This document shows positions 19,412-28,899 of a DNA stretch of 36,860 nt, piece by piece. The notes beneath the pieces were generated by a model that worked only from the letters and a program-made list of their open reading frames with translations, ran no database searches and was not told the DNA's origin. Both the position numbers and the translations under genes were made by a program. Numbering within the stretch: the stretch's first letter is position 1; the number at the start of each line of letters is the position of its first letter. The stretch is from positions 1-36,860 of IMG/VR virus record IMGVR_UViG_3300042940_000907; one strand, 5' to 3'. Source of the stretch: a virus (Duplodnaviria > Caudoviricetes).

Positions 19412-19483
19412 AAATTTAATACTTAAAAGATTTTTTAGTAAATTCTTATATATTTATATACAACAAACAAAAATTTAAAACTT

Positions 19484-19720
19484 ATGTTATTCGGAATCAT
19501 TATCGTATTAGTAGCAGTAGCAGTTGCTATCCTATTAAACAAAGCAAAATTAACTAAATTAGTAAATCAAGTTGAAGAAGCAGTAGCTCCAGCAATCGAA
19601 GAGGCGAAAGAAGTGGTTGAGAAAGCCGCTGCAGTAGCTCCTAAGAACGAGACTATCAAAAAAGCAAAAGAAGTAGCTAAAAAAGCTCCTGCTAGTAAGT
19701 CAGCAAAAAAATCTAAATAA
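19484..19720 (+). CDS. Small membrane-anchored protein with Lys/Ala-rich tail
   Basis: N-terminal hydrophobic helix LFGIIIVLVAVAVAILL and a basic C-terminus. Confidence 0.65.
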   Translation: MLFGIIIVLVAVAVAILLNKAKLTKLVNQVEEAVAPAIEEAKEVVEKAAAVAPKNETIKKAKEVAKKAPASKSAKKSK

Positions 19721-19723
19721 TAT

Positions 19724-20185
19724 ATGGAAAAAGTATCATTAAAGCTTTACGAGTTTTATAACCTTGAAGCAGAATTAAATGGTGTTACGAATCAACAAAC
19801 TGGAGAAGTTACCTCAAAGGGACTTTTGGCAGAAAAGTTAAAGCTAACAACAAAGTATTGGATCGGAGATTTGGCCAAAAAAGCTGCGGCAGAAAAAGAA
19901 GCGGTTGAAGCTATCAAGCAGGACCTAATCAAGAAGCACGGAGAAGCTGACGATCAAGGCAATGTATCGATTCCAATGTATATCAACGTTGTAACGGACG
20001 AAGACGGCCAAACAGTTTCAAGAGACATTAACCCCAAGTTCGTAGAGTTTCAAAACGAGTTCAATGCTCTTTTAAACGAAGAAAAAGAAATCGAACACAA
20101 AGAGTTCCAATTGGAAGATTTCGAGAACGTTGAGACCGAGGGCGCTTACGTTACTTTCTTGAAGTTAGTAAAAGTACCAGAATAA
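19724..20185 (+). CDS. Hypothetical acidic phage protein
   Basis: 153-aa ORF starting 4 nt after the previous stop and followed by a terminator. Confidence 0.7.
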   Translation: MEKVSLKLYEFYNLEAELNGVTNQQTGEVTSKGLLAEKLKLTTKYWIGDLAKKAAAEKEAVEAIKQDLIKKHGEADDQGNVSIPMYINVVTDEDGQTVSRDINPKFVEFQNEFNALLNEEKEIEHKEFQLEDFENVETEGAYVTFLKLVKVPE

Positions 20186-20207
20186 TCACAAAAGAATAAT
20201 AGACAAT

Positions 20208-20238
20208 CGGCTCACCCAAAAAGTGGGCCGTTTTTCTT
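20208..20238 (+). terminator. Rho-independent terminator
   Basis: Stem CGGCTCAC / GTGGGCCG, 7-nt loop, then TTTTTCTT. Confidence 0.8.
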
Positions 20239-20261
20239 GCATATTTATAGTAAATCTAGTT

Positions 20262-20501
20262 ATGGAAAAAAAACTTACACAAGAAGAGTTTCAACAAATC
20301 AATCTTATCAAATCCGACGCTTTAGAAGTCGCTGCTTTACTTGGAGAACTAGAATACCAAAAGATGAGCATCGAGCTTGATATGGAAGAGCAAAGGCAAA
20401 GAATCAAAGAGATTAGGGTAAAAGAAAAGCAAGTCTTCGAAGAAATTAGATCTAAATACGGCCCTGTCTCGATAAATACTGAGACTGGCGAAATTAGCTA
20501 A
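20262..20501 (+). CDS. Hypothetical coiled-coil protein (start revised to ATG 20262)
   Basis: The track start GTG 20223 lies inside the terminator stem. The in-frame ATG 20262 (MEKKLTQEE) follows the ATATTTATA motif at 20241. Confidence 0.7.
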   Translation: MEKKLTQEEFQQINLIKSDALEVAALLGELEYQKMSIELDMEEQRQRIKEIRVKEKQVFEEIRSKYGPVSINTETGEIS

Positions 20502-20522
20502 AGTGTTTTGAATCAAGTATCG

Positions 20523-20530
20523 ATATTTAT
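20523..20530 (+). promoter_or_regulatory. Putative late-promoter motif upstream of tail sheath
   Basis: ATATTTAT 30 nt before the ATG. Confidence 0.65.
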
Positions 20531-20552
20531 TACTAGAAAAAAAACGACATAA

Positions 20553-22310
20553 ATGGCCGAAACACTAATTAGCCCAGGAGTATTCTTACAAGAGAATGAC
20601 TTATCTCAGATCACTTCAGGTCCAATAACAGCAGGCGCCGCAATTGTAGGCCCTACAGTAACTGGTCCAGTTAACATCCCAACATTAGTAACTACTTACT
20701 CTCAATACAAAGCTGTATTTGGAGCTCCCTTCGTTTCTGGAGGTGCTGCATACGAATACTTAACAAGTATGGCTGCTTTGAATTACTTTGAGCAAGGCGG
20801 AACTTCTTTATTGGTAACAAGAGTAGTATCTGGATCTTATACACCAGCAACAGCAAGTATCAACAACTTAGCGGGAACTCCTGCTTTCGTTTTTGAAACC
20901 TTATCAGTTGGTACAGTAATGAATAACAACGACGCTTCAGGATCTTTCGGTTCTTTAGTTTCTGGTTCTTCAGCTAACGTACGCTGGGAAGTAACAGCTT
21001 TCAACAGCGGATCTGGAGAATTTAACATAATCTTAAGACGCGGCGACGACTACCAAAATAACAAGACTGTTCTTGAAACATGGAACGGCTTATCATTAGA
21101 TCCTAACCAAAGCAATTATATAGCTTACGTAATTGGTGATCAAACTCAAACCGTTTCTACAGACGATTTGGGTAATTACTACTTACAAACTACTGGTTCT
21201 TACCAAAACAACAGTAGATATATAAGAGTTAAAACTGTAAATACTCCAACTCCTGGATATTTCAACACTTTTGGTCAAGCTCAAAATCAATATACTTCAT
21301 CTCTTCCTAACGTAGGATCCGGTTCGGTAAACGGAGCTTTCGGTGGTGCAACCGGCGCAATATTCGGTTCATTCGGAGTAGAAGCAGTAAACTTATTCGA
21401 AAATATCCCTAACGCTTTAGCAGACGGTTCAGTCGCTGGTAGAAATATCCAAGGCGTAAGAAGCACAGACTATAACACAGCTATCAATCTATTAGGTAAC
21501 AAAGACGCTTATAAATTCAATATAATATATACTCCAGGTTTAACTTACGTTAACGCACCTAGTCAAGTGACTGCGGTAGTTAACACAGCTCAAACAAGAG
21601 GAGACAGTATTGCAGTGGTTGATATGGTTGGTTACGGTCAATCTATCCCTGTATTGCTTACTCAAGTAACTGCATTCGATTCTTCTTACGCAGCTACTTA
21701 TTGGCCTTGGGTTCAAGTTAGATCAAGAGAGACTGGTAAATTAAACTTTATCCCTGCATCTACAATCGTTCCTGCCGCTTACGAGTACAACGATAGAGTT
21801 GGAGCAGAATGGTTCGCACCAGCTGGTTTAAACAGAGGTGGTTTACCAACAGTTTTACAACCTGAAAGAAAGCTAACTTCAAACGATAGAGACAGAATTT
21901 ATCAAGGATCTGTTAACCCAATCGCTACATTCCCTGGAGTTGGTACGGTTATCTACGGTCAAAAGACGCTTCAACAAAAAGCTTCTGCATTAGACAGAGT
22001 TAACGTTAGAAGATTGTTGATTGCTCTTAAAGACTACATTGGTCAAGTTGCAGAAACTCTTGTATTCGAGCCTAACACACAAGTTACTCGTAACAGATTC
22101 TTAAGTCAAGTTAACCCTTATTTAGAGTCAGTACAACAAAGACAAGGTTTATACGCATTCCAAGTAGTAATGGACGACAGTAATAATACTCCTGATGTAA
22201 TCGATAGAAATCAATTAGTTGGATCTATCTACTTACAACCAACTAAAACTGCAGAGTTTATCCAATTAGACTTCAACGTTTTACCAACAGGAGCAACATT
22301 TGGCCAATAA
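20553..22310 (+). CDS. gp18: Contractile tail sheath protein (T4 gp18-like)
   Basis: SPGV..QEND N-terminus, YWPW, WFAPAGLNRG, VNPIATFPG.G.VIYGQKTLQ, LDRVNVRRL, FEPN and PTKTAEFI. Confidence 0.95.
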   Translation: MAETLISPGVFLQENDLSQITSGPITAGAAIVGPTVTGPVNIPTLVTTYSQYKAVFGAPFVSGGAAYEYLTSMAALNYFEQGGTSLLVTRVVSGSYTPATASINNLAGTPAFVFETLSVGTVMNNNDASGSFGSLVSGSSANVRWEVTAFNSGSGEFNIILRRGDDYQNNKTVLETWNGLSLDPNQSNYIAYVIGDQTQTVSTDDLGNYYLQTTGSYQNNSRYIRVKTVNTPTPGYFNTFGQAQNQYTSSLPNVGSGSVNGAFGGATGAIFGSFGVEAVNLFENIPNALADGSVAGRNIQGVRSTDYNTAINLLGNKDAYKFNIIYTPGLTYVNAPSQVTAVVNTAQTRGDSIAVVDMVGYGQSIPVLLTQVTAFDSSYAATYWPWVQVRSRETGKLNFIPASTIVPAAYEYNDRVGAEWFAPAGLNRGGLPTVLQPERKLTSNDRDRIYQGSVNPIATFPGVGTVIYGQKTLQQKASALDRVNVRRLLIALKDYIGQVAETLVFEPNTQVTRNRFLSQVNPYLESVQQRQGLYAFQVVMDDSNNTPDVIDRNQLVGSIYLQPTKTAEFIQLDFNVLPTGATFGQ

Positions 22311-22328
22311 TAACAAATAGAATATCAA

Positions 22329-22763
22329 ATGAACGATAACACAATCATTAGAATTAAAGTACCAGCACGTTTATACGAGAGTGTAAAAGCTAGGTTAATG
22401 ATCAAAGAAAACTACGAAGCGCCAGTAAAAGAGGAAGCTGAAGAGTTAAAAGAGTCTCCAATAGTAGACGTAATAGCTGCTTTATCAGGAGTATTAGGAC
22501 TAGGTCTAACAAGCGTAGCAATATCTAAAGCTCAAGATCTTTTGAAAAAGAAGAACCCTGAATTGTTCGATAAATTACAGAGTGCAGGCGCTGCTATGAA
22601 AAATCAAGGCGCAGGTTTAAACGAAGCTAAAAAAGTAGACGCTAAAAAAGTTGCTGAAGACAAGAAAAAAGCTGACGAGAAGAAAAAGAAAGAAGCGGAA
22701 GCTAAGAAGGTTGCTGACAAAAAAGCTGCAGATATGAAAAAAGCGGCCGAGAAGAAAAAATAA
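22329..22763 (+). CDS. Hypothetical protein with a hydrophobic segment and Lys/Ala/Glu-rich tail
   Basis: 144-aa ORF between sheath and tube. Confidence 0.65.
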   Translation: MNDNTIIRIKVPARLYESVKARLMIKENYEAPVKEEAEELKESPIVDVIAALSGVLGLGLTSVAISKAQDLLKKKNPELFDKLQSAGAAMKNQGAGLNEAKKVDAKKVAEDKKKADEKKKKEAEAKKVADKKAADMKKAAEKKK

Positions 22764-22772
22764 GTAAAAGTA

Positions 22773-22781
22773 ATATTTATA
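22773..22781 (+). promoter_or_regulatory. Putative late-promoter motif upstream of tail tube
   Basis: ATATTTATA 25 nt before the ATG. Confidence 0.65.
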
Positions 22782-22797
22782 CTAAATACAACCAAAA

Positions 22798-23283
22798 ATG
22801 CCAGTATTAGACCCAAATGAAATAATGTTTACCGCTTTCGAACCTACAGTATCGAATAGATTTGTAATGTACATCGACGGTATTCCTTCATATATGATTA
22901 AAAAAGCGGACGCACCAGGTCTTACTTTAAATGAAATCAAATTAGATCACATCAATGTTTATCGTAAGATTAAAGGAAAAGCTGAGTGGAGAGACATCAC
23001 ATTGTCTTTATACAATCCAATCAGTCCATCAGGCCAAGAGGCTGTAATGGAATGGGTACGTTTACATCACGAGTCTGTAACAGGTAGAAACGGTTATTCT
23101 GACTTTTATAAGAAAGACATTAACTTATCGATCTTAGGTCCAGTTGGAGATATTGTATCAGAGTGGATTTGCAAGGGCGCTTTCATCAAAGAAACAAACT
23201 TCGGAACTTACGACTGGTCTACTTCAGATCCTACCGAAATCAGTTTGACTTTGGGTATGGACTACGCTATCTTGAACTTCTAA
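22798..23283 (+). CDS. gp19: Tail tube protein (T4 gp19-like)
   Basis: 161 aa after the sheath, with FEP...NRF, KGKAEW.DITLSLY.PI, EWVR, YKKDI, W..KGAF and a terminal L.MDY. Confidence 0.9.
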   Translation: MPVLDPNEIMFTAFEPTVSNRFVMYIDGIPSYMIKKADAPGLTLNEIKLDHINVYRKIKGKAEWRDITLSLYNPISPSGQEAVMEWVRLHHESVTGRNGYSDFYKKDINLSILGPVGDIVSEWICKGAFIKETNFGTYDWSTSDPTEISLTLGMDYAILNF

Positions 23284-23301
23284 GATAAAAATAACGAATA
23301 T

Positions 23302-23334
23302 AAAAGAAAGGCCGCCTCACCGCGGTCTTTTTTT
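23302..23334 (+). terminator. Rho-independent terminator after tail tube gene
   Basis: Stem AAAGGCCGC / GCGGTCTTT with loop CTCACC, then a T-tract. Confidence 0.85.
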
Positions 23335-23381
23335 GTTCCCTGAAATTTTAATAGATTATATTTATTTAAAATAGTTATTAC

Positions 23382-24152
23382 ATGTCAGAACCAAAGTTTA
23401 CAGTACCTACCGAAATGGTAGATCTTCCATCAAAGGGTTTGTTATACCCAAAAGATTCCCCATTAGCTTCTGGGCAAATCGAAATCAAATACATGACCGC
23501 TAGAGAAGAGGACATTCTCACCAATGCGAATCTGTTACGTCAAGGCTTAGCTATTGAAAGAATGCTTAAGTCTATCATTAAAACTCCAATAAACTACGAG
23601 GATCTGATCCTGGGCGACAGGAACGCTATTCTTATCGCAGCTAGAATATTGGCTTACGGTAAAGACTACTCTTTTAACTACTTCAATCCAAATACGATGG
23701 AATCAGAAGTCGTTAAAGGCGATTTACAGTCTGTTAAGTATAAGAGTATTGATACCACTCTATTCAACGAAAAGAACGAATTTAGTTTCGAACTCCCTTT
23801 CACCAAAAACACTGTTACTTTCAAAGCCTTAACAATTGCAGACGATAGAAAAATCGACGAAGAGATGAAAGGCATGAAAAAGAATTTAGGAGAAGCTGCA
23901 CCAGGTTTATTGACTACAAAGTTAAAACATCAGATCACTTCTATTAACGGAGATTATTCTACAAAAACAGTTAGAGACTTTATCGATAGCGGAGCTTTAT
24001 TATCCCAAGATTCTCTTCCTTTGAGAAAATACATAGAGAGCGTAATTCCAGATATCGACACAAAGATCACTTTTTCGACTAAAGATGGAGAGGAGGTCAT
24101 CGACGAGCTGCCAATGACAGCCGAGTTCTTTTTTCCCGGGAGCGGAATATAG
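23382..24152 (+). CDS. T4 gp26-like baseplate hub assembly protein / tail assembly chaperone
   Basis: V.LPSKG..Y, YMTAREEDIL, L..GDRNAIL.AARILAYG and a terminal FFFP. Lies between tube and tape measure. Confidence 0.75.
   Translation: MSEPKFTVPTEMVDLPSKGLLYPKDSPLASGQIEIKYMTAREEDILTNANLLRQGLAIERMLKSIIKTPINYEDLILGDRNAILIAARILAYGKDYSFNYFNPNTMESEVVKGDLQSVKYKSIDTTLFNEKNEFSFELPFTKNTVTFKALTIADDRKIDEEMKGMKKNLGEAAPGLLTTKLKHQITSINGDYSTKTVRDFIDSGALLSQDSLPLRKYIESVIPDIDTKITFSTKDGEEVIDELPMTAEFFFPGSGI
24129..24141 (+). other. Candidate programmed frameshift site TTTTTTCCCGGGA
   Basis: Reads FFPG in frame 0 and also in frame +1. It links the chaperone ORF to the downstream ORF. Confidence 0.65.
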
Positions 24153-24162
24153 AGGTGTCTTT

Positions 24163-24426
24163 ATGACTGAAGTCTTCGACCTCGTTTATCATGGGGGCGG
24201 AGGTTTTAATTATACTGAGGTCTGGAACATGGATATCCCAAAGAGGAAATTCAATATAAAAAAGATAAAGGAACACCTAGACAGATTGCAAGAGGCTCAG
24301 AACGAGAACGACAAAGTTCTTACCGAGCAAAGCGACAAAAGTAAGGTTCAAATGCCTGACGCCGTTAAGCAATCTCTTAAGTCAAAACCTTCTTACGTAA
24401 CAAGCAAGGCAAAACCAAAGGCTTAA
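24163..24426 (+). CDS. Second tail-chaperone ORF, probably expressed as a frameshift extension of the upstream gene
   Basis: YHGGGGF.YTEVWNM...R motif. The frame is open from 24118, across the slippery site at 24129-24140, and ends directly before the tape measure gene. Confidence 0.65.
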   Translation: MTEVFDLVYHGGGGFNYTEVWNMDIPKRKFNIKKIKEHLDRLQEAQNENDKVLTEQSDKSKVQMPDAVKQSLKSKPSYVTSKAKPKA

Positions 24427-24434
24427 ATATTTAT
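24427..24434 (+). promoter_or_regulatory. Putative late-promoter motif upstream of tape measure
   Basis: ATATTTAT occupies half of a 16-nt intergenic gap. Confidence 0.6.
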
Positions 24435-24442
24435 TTGTAGCC

Positions 24443-27049
24443 ATGTCCAACGAAAATCAAAATAGCAGTACCCCAAAATCATCTACAGGGGCAGAAGAAG
24501 CAAAAAAATTACAAGGTGTTTTTAAAGCGCTAGTAAGAGATGGCGCTGATTTTGGAGACATTATCAGAGATCAGGTAAACGAACTAAAAAAGCTTCAAAC
24601 CGGATACGATAAGGTTAGATCTTCTATTGAGGGCTTTAGAACTAATGCCATAGACGTTAAGAGAATACAATCACAGATAAACGATCAGATATCCAAGCAG
24701 TTTGTAAACACCGCCAAATTAAATGAAACGCAAGCAGATCTTCAAAAAATAAGCGCAGTACAATTAAAAGGCGCTCAAGATTATGTTAAATTACTGGATG
24801 AGAAAAAACAAAAAGAAGACAACTTATCAGAAGCTTTAGCAAGCGGAAACGCAAGAGCCATATCTTCTGCAAAAAGACAATTAACTATCGCAGAAAGGCT
24901 TTTAGAAAAAGAAACTAAAAACTTAACTCCTTTACAAGCTCAATATGTAGCTAGATCAAAAAGCAGCGAGATAATTGGTCTTACTGTAAAAGAGCTCGAA
25001 AAAGAATTAGCTAAAGAAAAGGAAATACAAAGCTCTATAGGTGTTACAGGTAAACTATTTGAAAACTTTTCTAAGAAATTAGGAATGGGTAGCGAGGTTT
25101 ACGAGGCTATGGTACAACAAGCCAGAAACCTTCAATTAGTAGAAGAAATTACAGCTAAAAATAAACTCATAGCAATTGAGAACGTAACAAGAGCTCAACA
25201 AAATTTAGAACCTATCCCTTTAATTGAAGTTCCAAAAGCCGGCGGAAGCGTATTCAAAGCCGGTTTTAAAGCATTCAAAACTTCTTTCGCAGACTCTTGG
25301 AAAAATGATCCTCTATTCAAAGCCGGTTTATTCTTAGGAGCGGCTAAAGCATTAAACTCCGCTTTACAAGGAACAATAAAAATGTTTAGAGACGGAATGG
25401 TTGGTGGAATGAAAGCTTTGGGCGGAGAATTAGCAGAAGGACCAATTCAAAATCTTACAAAACCAATTAGCGGGTTCTTAGAAAAGATACCATTAGTTGG
25501 TGGATTGCTTGGTGGAGTAGTCGATATAATGTCTACTTTCATGGATTATGCGATGAATGCCAATTCCATGTTCGTAAAAATGGGTCGAGAACTTGGTTTA
25601 AGCGCAGACGAATCTCAAAAACTAGCAAACAACTTTAGTAACATAGCTAGCAGTACTAAAGATGTTTTTGTAAATCCTAAAAAACTATACGAAGCTCAAG
25701 TTGCTTTAAGCAAACAATTGGGCACTACTGCAATTTTTTCTAACGAGATACTAAGCACTAACATAAGATTAAAAGACGTTTTAGGATTAGAAGAAGACAT
25801 ACAAGCCAGCATCGCTCAAACTTCTGTAATTACTGGAAAAGAATCAGCGAACATTGTTGGAAATGTACTACAACAAGTACAGAATCTTAAAAAAGCTGGG
25901 TTAGCTACGCAAGACTACAAAGCGGTATTAAAAGAGGTTAGTAATTTGGGAGGCTATTTAGGATTAACATTCGCAAAGTATCCAGAAAAAATTACAAAGG
26001 CCGTATTGCAAACAAAAGCAATGGGTCTAGAATTAAAACAGGTAGACGCATTGGCAGATTCTTTCTTGGATTACGAGTCTTCTATTAGTAAAGAAATGGA
26101 AGCTCAGTTGTTGACCGGAAAAGATATCAACTTAAATAAAGCAAGAGAAGCTTTCTTAAACAACGATTTAGTTACAGCAGCTGAAGAGATAACAAAACAG
26201 GTTGGAAATTCAGAACAATTCTTAGGTTTAAATAGAATCGCAGCAGAGTCACTAGCATCTAGCTTTGGTATGACTAGGGACACGATGGCCGACATGTTAA
26301 AGAAGCAAGAGTTCCTATCTAAGATAGGAGCTAAAGATGGTCAGTCAGCGCAGCAACAGTACGAATTAGCGAAGAAGAGGTTCGCTACGATGAAGGACAT
26401 TACTACCGAACAAGAAAAGCAACAATATCAAGCTCTGGCTTCAGGAGCAGCTAACGAAAGATTAGCGGGATTGATAGAAAAAATCAAACAAGGATTCACA
26501 AGTCTTATAGCGAATTCAGGAGTTACTGAATTCATAGACAAAGCTATTGAGTTTATGTCGAATCCAAGTAAAATTCAAGGGTTTGTAAACGGATTAAAAG
26601 ATTTCTTTGCTACAGTTTTAGAAGGCATAGGAACTTTCGTTAATGGAGCTTCTAAGATAGCAAATTTATTTTTATTCGGAAAGGACGAAATAGCAGAAGA
26701 TTACGGAGATAATATCAAAGGCTTCGCTGAAAACCTAAGAGGTAAAAGCTATGGAAAACTAGCCAAAGGTGGAGTGGTTAAAACTTCTGGAATTGCCCAA
26801 GTTGACTCAGGAGAAACCTATTTGGGAGCTAGCAGTTTACAGTTAATTAAAATGACCGCAGATAATTCAACAAAGACAGTTGAGTTATTGACAAAATTGG
26901 TAACTCAAAAACCTGATGCGTCTAACGCGCAAGTGAGATTCGTTACAGGAAACGTTATGTTAGACGGAGTTCCAACCGGTAAATTAGTATTAAATAGTTT
27001 TCAAAACAATTCTTACACAAATTTTGACACAACTAGATACAACTCTTAA
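24443..27049 (+). CDS. Tape measure protein
   Basis: 868 aa, helical and A/L/K/E/Q-rich, follows tube and chaperones, with C-terminal LAKGGVV...GE motif. Confidence 0.8.
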   Translation: MSNENQNSSTPKSSTGAEEAKKLQGVFKALVRDGADFGDIIRDQVNELKKLQTGYDKVRSSIEGFRTNAIDVKRIQSQINDQISKQFVNTAKLNETQADLQKISAVQLKGAQDYVKLLDEKKQKEDNLSEALASGNARAISSAKRQLTIAERLLEKETKNLTPLQAQYVARSKSSEIIGLTVKELEKELAKEKEIQSSIGVTGKLFENFSKKLGMGSEVYEAMVQQARNLQLVEEITAKNKLIAIENVTRAQQNLEPIPLIEVPKAGGSVFKAGFKAFKTSFADSWKNDPLFKAGLFLGAAKALNSALQGTIKMFRDGMVGGMKALGGELAEGPIQNLTKPISGFLEKIPLVGGLLGGVVDIMSTFMDYAMNANSMFVKMGRELGLSADESQKLANNFSNIASSTKDVFVNPKKLYEAQVALSKQLGTTAIFSNEILSTNIRLKDVLGLEEDIQASIAQTSVITGKESANIVGNVLQQVQNLKKAGLATQDYKAVLKEVSNLGGYLGLTFAKYPEKITKAVLQTKAMGLELKQVDALADSFLDYESSISKEMEAQLLTGKDINLNKAREAFLNNDLVTAAEEITKQVGNSEQFLGLNRIAAESLASSFGMTRDTMADMLKKQEFLSKIGAKDGQSAQQQYELAKKRFATMKDITTEQEKQQYQALASGAANERLAGLIEKIKQGFTSLIANSGVTEFIDKAIEFMSNPSKIQGFVNGLKDFFATVLEGIGTFVNGASKIANLFLFGKDEIAEDYGDNIKGFAENLRGKSYGKLAKGGVVKTSGIAQVDSGETYLGASSLQLIKMTADNSTKTVELLTKLVTQKPDASNAQVRFVTGNVMLDGVPTGKLVLNSFQNNSYTNFDTTRYNS

Positions 27050-28899
27050 TGCCACTAAACTATAACTCTTCCAACTTATCAGATTCAGTTTTCTTAAATC
27101 AGAAGACAGACTTTACCACGTTGAAATACGGAATGGATCAACCTCAAGGGGGAAACTCCGGTTTACCTTACGTTAAATTTCCGATGCAAGATGCGGGACC
27201 GGTTACAAATTCTATTTTACAATTCTATCAAAGAAACAGAAACAGTTTAGATTATCCAATAAGAGGCGGAGCAGAGTTAGACCCAGGAACAGGAACGGCC
27301 AGAAGAACTTTAACCGGTGAGATAGATCAATTAAGAATATCAAAGTTTCTTAAAGACGGATCTAAAGGACCTGCTTTTTTAAACAAGCAAGTAAATTTAC
27401 AAAAAACAAATCCTAGAATGGAAACCACGCAAGGTTACCAGTCTACTTCTTTTGGAACTATCCCAAATACTTGGATATACGATCCATCAGGAAAGAACAT
27501 GTTGAGCGCTGTATTAAGTTCGGGTACAGGCTATCATCCAGATAGAATTGGTATCAATGGCTTTCAGTTTCAAAACTTTTACGCAGCTACCATTCAAAAG
27601 CAATTCACTACAGTAAACGGAAAAGATAGAAACAGACTATACGCTTTCTATCAAACTAAAATGTTTAACAGCAACAAAGAGGTAAAATTTACAGATCCTA
27701 ATTTGTACAATACTTTGGGCATGTCTTTGAATAAAAGTATCCTATTCGATTACATACAAGGCCCTGGATCTACTTATGGTGTTGGAAAAACAATAATAAG
27801 AAGAGCTACAGATACAACATTAGTTTCAAATATACTTACTCTTACCTACGATCAAATAAAGAATCAAAAACCTAACGGAGTTAATGCGCTGTTTCAAGAC
27901 GTTTCAAAAATACAAGATTTCAGAAGCCAAGTAGCAAGTCCAGTGCAACAAGCAAGAAAGTGGAATTTTTCTGAACAAAGTATTCAAAACGCAATGAACG
28001 CCGGAAACCCTGGAGATCCTAGAATTAGTAGATTAAATAAAACTTACATTTTCTATGTTCCAGGTACAGATGTCGGTATTGATAGATTAAATGCTTTAAC
28101 CCCATTTACTGTTAACGAAGGAGACACCCCATTTTCAGGTGACTACGCTAAAGACATAATTAAATTTGCTTTCGAAGCTATATCCAACGATAATCCTACA
28201 AAGACAACAGCTTTAGTATTTAGAGCATTCTTATCTGGCATATCCGATAATCACTCTGGAGAATACAACTCTTTTAGATATTTGGGTAGAGGTGAAAACT
28301 TTAGAACTTATCAAGGGTTCGATCGTACGGTTTCTTTCTCATTCAAAATATTTGCTCAATCAAGACCTGAATTGAGACCAATGTACGAGAAGTTAAACTA
28401 TTTAACCAGTCAAGTTTATCCGGATTATAGTCCAAATACTTCAGCAATGAGAGCGCCAATCATTAAACTAACCATTGGTGATTATTTATATAGAACGCCT
28501 GGAGTTTTAGAAAGCATCAATATTACAATAGAAGATAATGCTTCTTGGGAAATAAATCAAGAAAATGATGCATACAGCGGCAGAAAAGTAGCCGAATTAC
28601 CGCATTACTTAAATGTAAGCATTACCTTCAAACCAATTATGGATATTTTACCAAGAAGAGCTCAAGATCTTACAGATACACCTGCTTTATTGGCAAACGG
28701 AAACTTTATAGTTGATACTTTACAAAAGAAAGATAATGATACCCGTAAAACAGAAGAGCAAAGAAAACGTCAAGCCGCAATACCCGAAATTCAAAACGCT
28801 TTAGCTATTTTCGCGGGTATCAATCAAGAAAGTAATAGCCCAGCTCCAACTAGAGAGGAATTACTTTTCAACATCAACGAAACGTTAAATAACCGATAA
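27049..28899 (+). CDS. Baseplate-proximal tube-like/tail initiator protein
   Basis: C-terminal FRAFL..ISD...GRGE.F.TY.GFDR.VSFSF...KLNYL...P.IKLTIGD. Position after the tape measure gene. Confidence 0.55.
   Translation: MPLNYNSSNLSDSVFLNQKTDFTTLKYGMDQPQGGNSGLPYVKFPMQDAGPVTNSILQFYQRNRNSLDYPIRGGAELDPGTGTARRTLTGEIDQLRISKFLKDGSKGPAFLNKQVNLQKTNPRMETTQGYQSTSFGTIPNTWIYDPSGKNMLSAVLSSGTGYHPDRIGINGFQFQNFYAATIQKQFTTVNGKDRNRLYAFYQTKMFNSNKEVKFTDPNLYNTLGMSLNKSILFDYIQGPGSTYGVGKTIIRRATDTTLVSNILTLTYDQIKNQKPNGVNALFQDVSKIQDFRSQVASPVQQARKWNFSEQSIQNAMNAGNPGDPRISRLNKTYIFYVPGTDVGIDRLNALTPFTVNEGDTPFSGDYAKDIIKFAFEAISNDNPTKTTALVFRAFLSGISDNHSGEYNSFRYLGRGENFRTYQGFDRTVSFSFKIFAQSRPELRPMYEKLNYLTSQVYPDYSPNTSAMRAPIIKLTIGDYLYRTPGVLESINITIEDNASWEINQENDAYSGRKVAELPHYLNVSITFKPIMDILPRRAQDLTDTPALLANGNFIVDTLQKKDNDTRKTEEQRKRQAAIPEIQNALAIFAGINQESNSPAPTREELLFNINETLNNR

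Larger units (their letters stand above)
17895..19444 (+). repeat. 24-bp direct repeat pair (17895-17918 and 19421-19444) flanking the mucin-like gene
   Basis: ACTT(C/A)AAAGATTTTTT(C/A)GTAAATT, 22/24 identical. Confidence 0.75.

Noticed and set aside
20223-20261. GTG start of the 92-aa ORF
   Set aside because: It lies within the terminator hairpin and upstream of the promoter motif. ATG 20262 is the better start.
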